Assembly (NCBI GenBank): GCA_036278755.1
Contig: DASUKL010000066.1
Span: 625-64,624 of the forward strand
Source: Candidatus Limnocylindrales bacterium
Lineage (GTDB): Bacteria > Chloroflexota > Limnocylindria > Limnocylindrales > CSP1-4
Length of the DNA stretch: 64,000 nucleotides
Direction: 5' to 3'
A program made the translations under genes and the position numbers. Shown here in pieces: positions 50,825-58,604 of the stretch; within the stretch, counting starts at the first letter, position 1; every line of letters starts with the position of its first letter. The notes below the pieces were generated by a model. That model did not search any database. It saw only the letters and a program-made list of their open reading frames with translations, and had not been told where the DNA came from.

Positions 50825-51364
50825 GTGGGCCTGGTCGCGGTCGTGGCCATCGTGGCCGTGGCGTTCAACGTCGACCTCGGCCCGCCGACGAGCGGATCGG
50901 ACGACGCCAGCGGGACGTCCATCGTCATCGGTGGCTCGCCCCTCCTCGACAAGCCGGCGCCGGGCTTCACCCTGGCCACGGACAGCGGCCAGGAGGTCAG
51001 CCTGGCGGCGTATCGGGGGCGGCCGGTGATCGTCAACTTCTGGGCCTCCACCTGCGTGCCCTGCACGGTCGAGTTCCCTCTCTTCAAGGCCGCCCTGACG
51101 GCCCACGCTGATGATCAGCTGACCATCCTTGGCGTCGTCTACAAGGACACCGCCAGCGCCGCCCGAGCCTTCATGACCCAGGAAGACGCGACCTGGCCGA
51201 TGCTCCTCGACCCGGGCAGCAAGATCGCCGCGGCCTACAAGGTCGAGGCCATCCCCATGAGCTTCTACGTCGACCCCCAGGGGATCGTGCGCTACGTGAG
51301 CTTCGGGCCACCACCGGCAGGCACCATCGACGAGGAGCTGGCCCGGATGCTGGGCCGCTCGTGA
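50825..51364 (+). CDS. TlpA/ResA-like membrane-anchored thiol-disulfide oxidoreductase
   Basis: WASTCVPC thioredoxin motif and an N-terminal TM anchor; GTG start. Confidence 0.75.
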   Translation: MGLVAVVAIVAVAFNVDLGPPTSGSDDASGTSIVIGGSPLLDKPAPGFTLATDSGQEVSLAAYRGRPVIVNFWASTCVPCTVEFPLFKAALTAHADDQLTILGVVYKDTASAARAFMTQEDATWPMLLDPGSKIAAAYKVEAIPMSFYVDPQGIVRYVSFGPPPAGTIDEELARMLGRS

Positions 51365-51368
51365 GGGT

Positions 51369-52451
51369 GTGACCGCCGCCGGATCGTCAGCCGCTGGGTC
51401 CGCTGCCGCTGGCTCCGCTGCTCCCACTGGCCCGCCGGCCATCGAGCTGCTGGGGCTGACGAAGCGGTACGAGGGCCGTCCCGTCGTCGATGGGCTCGAC
51501 CTCAGCGTCCAACACGGCGAGGTGCTAGCCCTCCTGGGGCCCAACGGGGCCGGCAAGACGACGACCGTCGAGACCATCGAGGGCTACCGCCTGCCCGACG
51601 CGGGCACGGTCCGCGTCCTGGGCCTCGAGCCCCGCCGGGACCGGGCCGCGCTGCGCGGCCGGACCGCGGTCATGCTCCAGCGGGCGGACCTGTGGAACCA
51701 GTGCCGGGTCGGGGAGGCCGTCCGACTCTTCGCCGCCTTCTATCGCGACCCGCTGCCCGTGGACGAGGTGCTGGAACGGGTGGGCCTGGCCCGCCTGGCC
51801 GGCGCCCGCTATCGCACCCTCTCGGGCGGTGAGCGGCAGCGTCTGGCCCTCGCCCTGGCCCTCGTCGGTCGGCCCGAGCTGGCCATCCTCGACGAGCCCA
51901 CCGCGGCCATGGACGTCACCGCCCGGCGCCAGACCTGGGAGCTCCTGCGGGAGCTGCGCGCTGGCGGGGCGACGATCCTCCTGACCACCCACCTCCTCGA
52001 CGAGGCGGAGCAGCTAGCCGACCGGGTGGCCATCATCGACCATGGGCGCCTCCTGGCGGTGGGCGCGCCGGCCGACCTGCGGGCCGGCTTGGGCTCGGCT
52101 CCCGCTGGGCCTGCGGCGGAGGGCGGGGCTGGGGGCCTAGCGGCGGCTTCGGCTTCCGGTTCGGCTAGCGGTTCGGCTGTCGGACAGCGTCGCCTGCGGC
52201 TCGACCTGCGGACACCGCTGGACGATGGGCAGCGGGCCGCGCTGGCCGCCCTCGCGGGCGTGGCCGGGATCCACGACGAGGGCCCCGCCTCATTGCTGTT
52301 GGCGACGAGCGATCCGGGGGCCCTGCTGGTGAGCCTCGCTGGCTGGCTGCACGAACGCCGCATCGAGCCCCTGAGCATCAGCCTCGGCGAGGCCAGCCTC
52401 GAGGAGGTCTTCCTCCGCCTCACCGGCAGCGACCCGGAGGCAGAGGCATGA
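51369..52451 (+). CDS. ABC transporter ATP-binding protein (ABC-2/CcmA-like) with a C-terminal extension
   Basis: Walker A GPNGAGKTT, signature LSGGERQRL, Walker B ILDEPT. Confidence 0.8.
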   Translation: MTAAGSSAAGSAAAGSAAPTGPPAIELLGLTKRYEGRPVVDGLDLSVQHGEVLALLGPNGAGKTTTVETIEGYRLPDAGTVRVLGLEPRRDRAALRGRTAVMLQRADLWNQCRVGEAVRLFAAFYRDPLPVDEVLERVGLARLAGARYRTLSGGERQRLALALALVGRPELAILDEPTAAMDVTARRQTWELLRELRAGGATILLTTHLLDEAEQLADRVAIIDHGRLLAVGAPADLRAGLGSAPAGPAAEGGAGGLAAASASGSASGSAVGQRRLRLDLRTPLDDGQRAALAALAGVAGIHDEGPASLLLATSDPGALLVSLAGWLHERRIEPLSISLGEASLEEVFLRLTGSDPEAEA

Positions 52452-52467
52452 GCCTCGCGTCGGCAGC

Positions 52468-53232
52468 GTGAGCGCCCCCGCCTCGGCCATGGCCGCCTAT
52501 CGGGCCCAGGCGGCCATGGAGCTGCGTCTCACCGTGCGCCGCGGCGAGAACCTGCTCGTGACCCTGGGCATCCCCGTCGTGCTGCTCATCTTCCTCGTCG
52601 GCGTGCCGGTCGTCCCAGCCCCGGCCGGGGTGCGTCTGGTCGACGAGCTCGTGCCGGGCATCCTGGCCCTGGCCCTCCTCTCCACCGGGCTCGTCTCCCT
52701 GGCCATCGCCACGGCCTTCGAGCGCAGCCAGGGCGTGCTCAAGCGCCTCGCCGGCTCGCCCCTGCCGACGAGCGGCCTGCTGGCGGCTAAGACGACGGCC
52801 GTGGTGGCCACCGTGGTGGTCCAGGTCGCGATCATCACCGCGGTCGGCCTGGCCCTCGGCTGGCAGCCACGCGGCGGACTCGGGGGCGGGCTGGCCGCCG
52901 CCCTCCCCTGGCTCATCCTGGGCACGGTGGCCCACGCCGCGGTGGGCCTGCTGCTGGCCGGCACCCTGCGCGCGGAGGCGACGCTGGCCGTGGCCAACGC
53001 CCTCTACCTGCTCTGCCTCCTCGTGGGCGGCGTCGTCGTACCGCTGACCGACCTACCGTCGGTGGTGGCCGTGCCGGCCTCCGTCCTGCCGCCAGCCCTT
53101 ATGGCCGACCTGTTGCGGGGCGCCCTCGTCCCGGGCGGCACGATCGATCTCGGCCAGGGGCTGGCCTTGCTGGCCTGGACCGCGGTCCTGGCCATCGCGG
53201 CGGTGCGCGGTTTCCGGGTCGAGGAGGCCTGA
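52468..53232 (+). CDS. ABC-2 family transporter permease
   Basis: Six-TM ABC-2 pattern. Confidence 0.75.
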   Translation: MSAPASAMAAYRAQAAMELRLTVRRGENLLVTLGIPVVLLIFLVGVPVVPAPAGVRLVDELVPGILALALLSTGLVSLAIATAFERSQGVLKRLAGSPLPTSGLLAAKTTAVVATVVVQVAIITAVGLALGWQPRGGLGGGLAAALPWLILGTVAHAAVGLLLAGTLRAEATLAVANALYLLCLLVGGVVVPLTDLPSVVAVPASVLPPALMADLLRGALVPGGTIDLGQGLALLAWTAVLAIAAVRGFRVEEA

Positions 53233-53243
53233 GCCCCGGGGAC

Positions 53244-53963
53244 TCAGGCCGGCAGGTCCTCGAAGACGTAGATGTAGCGCTTCTTGCGGCCCGGGGTGCC
53301 CAGCTCCACCCGGGTCGGCACGACCGGGGCGAACCACGAGAGGGCCTTCTCGTCGGAGAGCATGTGGTGGACGTTTCGCGGGTCGTCCATCTCCCAGTCG
53401 ATGGGCAGCGAGATGATGGCGTGACGCGCCACGCGCCGGACCTCGCTGAAGGCGGCCGCCTGGCCGGTCCCCAGGTGCTCGAAGACCTGGAGGCCCACGA
53501 ACAGGCCGTAGGCCTTGTCCTCGAAGGGCCAGGGCGTCTCGGTCGCGTCGTGGATGATCACCCGACCCTCGCACTGCAGGTCCGGCGTGACCCGCAGGTC
53601 CATCACGTCCGCGCCGACGATGAGGGGCCGGATGTGCGGGCCGAGCTCGAGGGCCGTCTCGAGCTTGTGGTCCTCGATGAGCTGGGCCGCGATCTTCCCG
53701 GCCAGCGACATGTAGCCCCAACGGCCGCGGTAGTAGGGCACGCGCGCGGCCAGGGCATCGAACTCGCGCTTGCGCAAGGGCCGGATGGGCGCGCCGCTGA
53801 TGCGGTCGCGTCGGGCCAGGAGACCGTCCCACGCGAGCAGCAGCCGCGAGTGGAGCCGCTCGACCGGCGCGTCCTTGCCCTGGATCAGGGGCCGGACCGG
53901 CCGCCACACCGGCATGAGGACCGGGCGAAGCGGTTGGAAGAGCTCCTTCAGGCGAGCGAGCAT
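53244..53963 (-). CDS. hypothetical protein (possible SAM-methyltransferase-like fold)
   Basis: ORF with coding-like composition; weak LELGPH...VFEHL motifs only. Confidence 0.4.
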   Translation of the reverse strand: MLARLKELFQPLRPVLMPVWRPVRPLIQGKDAPVERLHSRLLLAWDGLLARRDRISGAPIRPLRKREFDALAARVPYYRGRWGYMSLAGKIAAQLIEDHKLETALELGPHIRPLIVGADVMDLRVTPDLQCEGRVIIHDATETPWPFEDKAYGLFVGLQVFEHLGTGQAAAFSEVRRVARHAIISLPIDWEMDDPRNVHHMLSDEKALSWFAPVVPTRVELGTPGRKKRYIYVFEDLPA

Positions 53964-54073
53964 GCGCACGGACCTCGCGACGGGGTGGATCGCCGCACAC
54001 GATACCCGCCCGGACCCGGACAAGGAACGACCCTGCGGGCGGGCGCAGGGTCGTTTCGTCAGTATTCGGAGAT

Positions 54074-54149
54074 TGGTTGCGGGGGACGGATTCGAACCGC
54101 CGACCTTCGGGTTATGAGCCCGACGAGCTGCCGCTGCTCCACCCCGCGA
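54074..54149 (-). tRNA. initiator tRNA-fMet (CAT)
   Basis: Cloverleaf with anticodon CAT, GGG:CCC anticodon stem, C1·A72 mismatch, and an encoded CCA. Confidence 0.85.
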
Positions 54150-54195
54150 CCTCGAATGGTAGCCTCATCCACGAAAACGGTCAACTGCGGGTCCG

Positions 54196-54262
54196 GCGAA
54201 GGCCGACGAGGTGGACATGGCACGTCTTCGGGCGAAGGCGGACGAGGTGGACATGGCACGTC
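54196..54262. repeat. tandem duplication of a 31-bp unit at a 36-bp period (CGAAGGCSGACGAGGTGGACATGGCACGTCT), 30/31 identical, covering the SD and ATG of the LLM gene
   Basis: Copies at 54196-54226 and 54232-54262. Confidence 0.85.
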
Positions 54263-55164
54263 TCAGGATCGGGCTCCAGCTGCCCGAGGCCGAGCGTCCG
54301 GTCCGCTGGGCCGATCTGGCGGACCTGGCCCGGGCCGCGGAAGACGCGGGCTTCGACTCGCTGTGGGTCGGCGACCACCTCCTCTATCGCGGGGCCGACG
54401 GCGCGCCACGAGGGCCGTGGGAGGCCTGGTCCGTGCTGGCCGCCCTGGCCGCCGTGACCAGCCGGGTGGAGCTCGGCCCGCTCGTGGCCGCGACGAGCTT
54501 CCGCCAGCCGACTCTGCTGGCCAAGGAGGCGGCCACGATCGACGAGATCAGCGGCGGCCGGCTCATCCTGGGCCTGGGCGCCGGCTGGAACGAGGTCGAG
54601 TATCGAGCCTACGGCTTCCCCTACGACCGTCGTGTGGACCGCTTCGAGGAGGCCTTCACGATCATCAGGACGCTGCTGCGGGAGGGGCACATCGACTTCG
54701 CCGGGCGCTACTACACGGCTCGCGACTGCGAGCTCGTGCCGCGCGGCCCGCGGCCCCAGGGCCCGCCGCTCATGGTGGGCTCCATCGGCCAGCGGATGCT
54801 GGCCATCACCGCCCCGCACGTGGACGCCTGGAACGCCTGGCACGACTGGTTCGGCAACACGCCCGACGGTCTCCGCCCCCTGCTGGACCAAGTGGACGCC
54901 GCGGCCCAGGCGGCCGGTCGCGAGCCGGGGGCCATCCGACCCACGGCCACGGTCCTGGTCCGCCTGCCCGGTGGGGCGACGCGCTATGCCGACGATGGGG
55001 CCGACCACGCGCCCCCACTGACCGGGAGGCCCGAGGAGATGGCCGAACGCCTGCGGGCCTACGGGAGGCTGGGCGTCAGCCACCTCCAGCTGGTGCTGGA
55101 GCCGATCGAACGCCGGGCGGTCGAGGCGCTCGGGCCGGTCCTGGAGCTGGCCCGCCAAGCCTGA
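54253..55164 (+). CDS. LLM-class F420/flavin-dependent oxidoreductase
   Basis: MARLRIGLQLPE... luciferase-like; the duplicated start region gives an alternative in-frame ATG at 54217. Confidence 0.75.
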   Translation: MARLRIGLQLPEAERPVRWADLADLARAAEDAGFDSLWVGDHLLYRGADGAPRGPWEAWSVLAALAAVTSRVELGPLVAATSFRQPTLLAKEAATIDEISGGRLILGLGAGWNEVEYRAYGFPYDRRVDRFEEAFTIIRTLLREGHIDFAGRYYTARDCELVPRGPRPQGPPLMVGSIGQRMLAITAPHVDAWNAWHDWFGNTPDGLRPLLDQVDAAAQAAGREPGAIRPTATVLVRLPGGATRYADDGADHAPPLTGRPEEMAERLRAYGRLGVSHLQLVLEPIERRAVEALGPVLELARQA

Positions 55165-55209
55165 AGCTGGGCGGGCCTGACGGGTTTTCGGAGGCTGCTG
55201 GGGGGCGGC

Positions 55210-55707
55210 TCAGACGCCCGGCTTCACCACCATGAGGGCGATGATCACGACGAGGAGGGCCCCCAGGATCATCCCGGTCCGCTGCGACTTCCGGACGAGG
55301 GTCATCAACGCGGGCGGAGGGCCGGCAGGAGCGCTGCCGGGCGCGGCCGGGGCGGGAGCATGGGCGCTCATCTCGGCCATCCGTCGCACGGTGGGGGTCT
55401 GGATGAAGATCGCGACGGCCGCGGCGATGGCATAGAGCACGATGGCCGCCACCAGCCAGCGCGAGGACGCGGCGAAGAAGTCGATGCCTGCGGCCCAGAT
55501 CACGATGAAACCGCTGATCGGCTGGACGACGAGGCCGACCATGACGAGGCGAGACTCGAGCAGGTCGGTGAGGCGGATGGCGAAGTTGCCGTGCATGGGC
55601 TCGCGGCCGCCGGCCGCCCCGATCAGGGGGAAGGCGAACGTCGGCCCGAAGAGCGCGATGGCGCTCAGGACATGGACGAGCAGGGCGACCTCGAAGATGA
55701 CGTTCAT
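55210..55707 (-). CDS. DUF2269-like small membrane protein
   Basis: MNVIFEVALLVHVLSAIALFGPTFAFP...; GGAGG 4 nt upstream of the ATG. Confidence 0.65.
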   Translation of the reverse strand: MNVIFEVALLVHVLSAIALFGPTFAFPLIGAAGGREPMHGNFAIRLTDLLESRLVMVGLVVQPISGFIVIWAAGIDFFAASSRWLVAAIVLYAIAAAVAIFIQTPTVRRMAEMSAHAPAPAAPGSAPAGPPPALMTLVRKSQRTGMILGALLVVIIALMVVKPGV

Positions 55708-55959
55708 GGATCCTCCAACCCTCGGTCCCCCGACGTGACGACGACGCAACGATACCGAAGCCCAGGGGCGGGCACAAGGCGATCCGTCCGGTCGGCCATG
55801 AGGTCTGGCCGGCCCGTGCCGCTCAGCGCCACAGATGGAGAACGGGCCCCTCCGCCGTTTCGCGTGGCGTGACAAGCGACCATCGGCCCACTCGCCGTTC
55901 GTCCATCGTTGCGTGGAGCGCGACGGATGACCGGCGAGCCGCGACCTCCTGGTCGTTCG

Positions 55960-56215
55960 TACCGCTAGGCGTGACGAGCGCCGACCGCCAGGACGCCGAT
56001 CCGCCCCTTGTACCGCTCGGCGTGACGCACTGCCACGGATCGGCGCGCAGTTCGTCAGTCTTGCCGCTGAGCGTGACAGGCGGCCGCGGCGTGGGAGCGG
56101 CGTTGGTCGATCCTGCCGCTGAGCGTGACAGGCGGCCGCAGCGTGGGAGCGGCGTTGGTCGATCCTGCCGCTGAGCGTGACAGACGGTCGCAGCGCGGCC
56201 GAGGATCGGGGGTGG
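55960..56215. repeat. ~52-bp tandem repeat array: two near-identical copies plus at least three progressively diverged copies
   Basis: Copy at 56062-56113 versus copy at 56114-56165 are 51/52 identical; flanking copies share a CCGCTNNGCGTGAC core. Confidence 0.85.
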
Positions 56216-56266
56216 GCGGCCCAGGCACGACGGGACACGGCGCAGGATCGGCGGCCAGAGGAGCAG

Positions 56267-56728
56267 TCAGGCCGACCGGCCGGACTGCTGCTCCCAGAGC
56301 TGGCGAGTGAGCAGCGCCTGGCCCACATGCTCCTGGGTGTGCTGGATGGCCCGGATGAGGCAGCTGGCGCGGGTGAGTCGGTCGCCGGCGGCGGAAGCGG
56401 GACGGGCCTCGGCGTAGCCGTCGGGCTCGACGGCGTCCAGGATCCCTTCGATGCGCTCGAGGCCCTGGTCGATCAGGCGGTCCAGGCCGGCCTTCGTGGT
56501 CTCGATCGTGAACTCCGCGTCACGGTCGCGCGGGATCTCCTGGCCGGCGGCCCGGGCGGTCCATGCCTCGGCGGCGCCCCAGGCGTGGGTGACGAGGATC
56601 GCCAGGGAGTTGGTGTCGGGCCCGGGTCGCCAGTCGAGCGCCTGCGGAGGCAGCCCCTCGATGACCTCGTGCAGGCTCCGCGCCTGCCGCCGCAGCTCGG
56701 CGCGTCCGGCTTCCGTGAGCGCATCCAT
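56267..56728 (-). CDS. DinB/YfiT-like (DinB_2) metal-dependent protein
   Basis: His triad including the HTQEHVGQ motif. Confidence 0.7.
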   Translation of the reverse strand: MDALTEAGRAELRRQARSLHEVIEGLPPQALDWRPGPDTNSLAILVTHAWGAAEAWTARAAGQEIPRDRDAEFTIETTKAGLDRLIDQGLERIEGILDAVEPDGYAEARPASAAGDRLTRASCLIRAIQHTQEHVGQALLTRQLWEQQSGRSA

Positions 56729-56756
56729 GTTCGGTTCCTCCGGGCCTCGACGCCGG

Positions 56757-56829
56757 TGAGCCGGCTGGGATTCGAACCCAGGACACGAGGATTAAAAGTC
56801 CCCTGCTCTGACCGCTGAGCTACCGGCCC
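56757..56829 (-). tRNA. tRNA-Lys (TTT)
   Basis: Cloverleaf with anticodon loop CTTTTAA; CCA is not encoded. Confidence 0.85.
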
Positions 56830-56857
56830 GGGGCCAACGATACCTGACTGGCGCAGC

Positions 56858-56922
56858 CGAGCCCCGACCTCCGAGCCCCGACCTCCGAGCCCCGACCCGG
56901 GAGGCCACCGAGCCCCGAGACC
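56858..56922. repeat. 14-bp tandem repeat (CGAGCCCCGACCTC) about 3 copies plus a diverged copy, just 5' of tRNA-Lys
   Basis: Directly visible in the sequence. Confidence 0.8.
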
Positions 56923-56976
56923 GAACCCCAACGGGCAGAGGCACCGCGGCCCGCCCGGGCGCCGCAGCGCCCCTGC

Positions 56977-57738
56977 TCAGCCGATGAGCAGCTTGACCGC
57001 CACGGTCGTGCCGATGACGACGATGAGCGAGCGCAGGACGATCGGTGGCAGGCGGCGGCCGATGCCCGCCCCGACCTGGCCCCCGACGATCGAGCCCAGG
57101 GCCAGGAAGAGGGCCGGCAGCCAGGCCACGTGGGCCACGAGGATGAAGAGGACCGCCGCGACGCCGTTGACGAGCGCGGCCAGGACGTTCTTCAGGGCGT
57201 TGAGGCGCTGGAGGGTATCGGAGAGGAAGATGGCCAGGAGGGAGATGAGGAGGACCCCCTGGCCGGCCCCGAAGTAGCCGCCGTAGACGGCCGTGGCGAA
57301 GACGGTCAGGCCGAGCACCACGCCGCCGTCGCCCGCCCCGCCGCCAGCACGCGCCCGGGCCGCGACGTAGCGCGAGAGGCGGGGCTGGACGATGACCAGG
57401 CCGACCGCGATGAGCAGCAGGAAGGGCACGATGTGGTCGAAGGCCGCCGAGGGCAGGACGAGGAGCAGCAACCCGCCGCAGATGCCACCGCCCAGGGCCA
57501 CGAGACCCAGGCGCAGGCAGCGGCCGCGCTGCCCGACGAGTTCGCGGCGATAGCCCACGGCCCCCGAGGCCGAGCCCGGCACGAGGCCCACGGTGTTGCT
57601 GACGTTGGCCACGACCGGGCTGTAGCCGAAGGCCAGGAGCGTCGGGAACGTGATCAACGAGCCCGAGCCGACGATGGTGTTGATCGTCCCGGCGGCGAGG
57701 CCGGCGCCCAGGATGGCCAGGGCCTGAAGGGGATCCAT
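56977..57738 (-). CDS. sulfite exporter TauE/SafE-family membrane protein
   Basis: Internal duplicated 4-TM repeat with Gly-rich helices. Confidence 0.8.
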   Translation of the reverse strand: MDPLQALAILGAGLAAGTINTIVGSGSLITFPTLLAFGYSPVVANVSNTVGLVPGSASGAVGYRRELVGQRGRCLRLGLVALGGGICGGLLLLVLPSAAFDHIVPFLLLIAVGLVIVQPRLSRYVAARARAGGGAGDGGVVLGLTVFATAVYGGYFGAGQGVLLISLLAIFLSDTLQRLNALKNVLAALVNGVAAVLFILVAHVAWLPALFLALGSIVGGQVGAGIGRRLPPIVLRSLIVVIGTTVAVKLLIG

Positions 57739-57745
57739 CGGCGCC

Positions 57746-58573
57746 TCAGCCCACGGCCAAGAGGCCGATGCCGGCCACGACCAGGACCGCCCCCGCGGCT
57801 CGGCCCCGACTCACCCGCTCGTGGAGCACGGCGTAGGCCAGGGCCGTGGCGATGACCACGCTCGACTCACGGACCGCCGAGACCGACGCCGCTGAGGCCA
57901 AGGTCAGGGCGATGAGGACGAGGCCGTAGGTGAGGTTGATGAGCACGCCCGAGACCACGACCGACCGATCCCACACCGCCCCCAACGACGACGGCCCGCC
58001 GCGACGCCACAGGACGGCGGCCAGGTAGGCCACCGTGGGCAGCGTCTGCTCGACGAAGAGGTAGGCGAACGGCGAGGCGTGACGCAGGCCCTGCTGGTCC
58101 ACGACCGTGTATCCGGCGATGGTGAGGGCCACCCCGACGGCCAGCAGCGCGCCGGGGCCCCGGCCGGCATCGCGCAGGCCGCGAACGAGGAGGACCCCCA
58201 GGGCCACGAGGAAGACAGCGACGACCTCGCCGATGGTCGGCACGACGCCCACGGCGGCGACGGCCAGGAACAGGACGAGGACCGGGGCCAGGCCGCGGGC
58301 CAGGGGGTAGACGAGGCTCATCTCGGCCCGTTGGTAGGCCGCCGCGAGGAGGCCATAGTAGACCGTCTGGAGCAGGCCGCCGGCCAGGACGAAGGGCACC
58401 GCGGCCGCCTCCAGGCGCCAGGTCAGGAGGGCCACGGGCAGGATCGCGCACCAGCCCACGGCCAGGGCCAGGGCGGTGAACCCGCTGATGTCCCGAGCCC
58501 GGGCCAGGAGGGTGTTCCAGGAGGCGTGGAGGAAGGCCGCGCCGAGCGCCAGGGCGAGGGCGGTCAGCGGCAC
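57746..58573 (-). CDS. DMT/EamA-like transporter
   Basis: 10-TM hydrophobic protein. Confidence 0.65.
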   Translation of the reverse strand: MPLTALALALGAAFLHASWNTLLARARDISGFTALALAVGWCAILPVALLTWRLEAAAVPFVLAGGLLQTVYYGLLAAAYQRAEMSLVYPLARGLAPVLVLFLAVAAVGVVPTIGEVVAVFLVALGVLLVRGLRDAGRGPGALLAVGVALTIAGYTVVDQQGLRHASPFAYLFVEQTLPTVAYLAAVLWRRGGPSSLGAVWDRSVVVSGVLINLTYGLVLIALTLASAASVSAVRESSVVIATALAYAVLHERVSRGRAAGAVLVVAGIGLLAVG

Positions 58574-58604
58574 GAACCCATCCTAGCCGACCGCATGGAC
58601 TACG

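Noticed and set aside
53244-53963. Confident SAM-dependent methyltransferase call
   Set aside because: A glycine-rich motif I is absent; it is kept as a hypothetical protein.
54150-54262. Possible integrase att site or duplication at tRNA-fMet
   Set aside because: The duplication lies 5' of the tRNA and does not include tRNA sequence. No integrase or foreign-looking genes are adjacent.
55960-56215. Possible CRISPR array
   Set aside because: The units are ~52 bp and tandem without unique spacers (two copies are nearly identical end to end). No cas genes are nearby.
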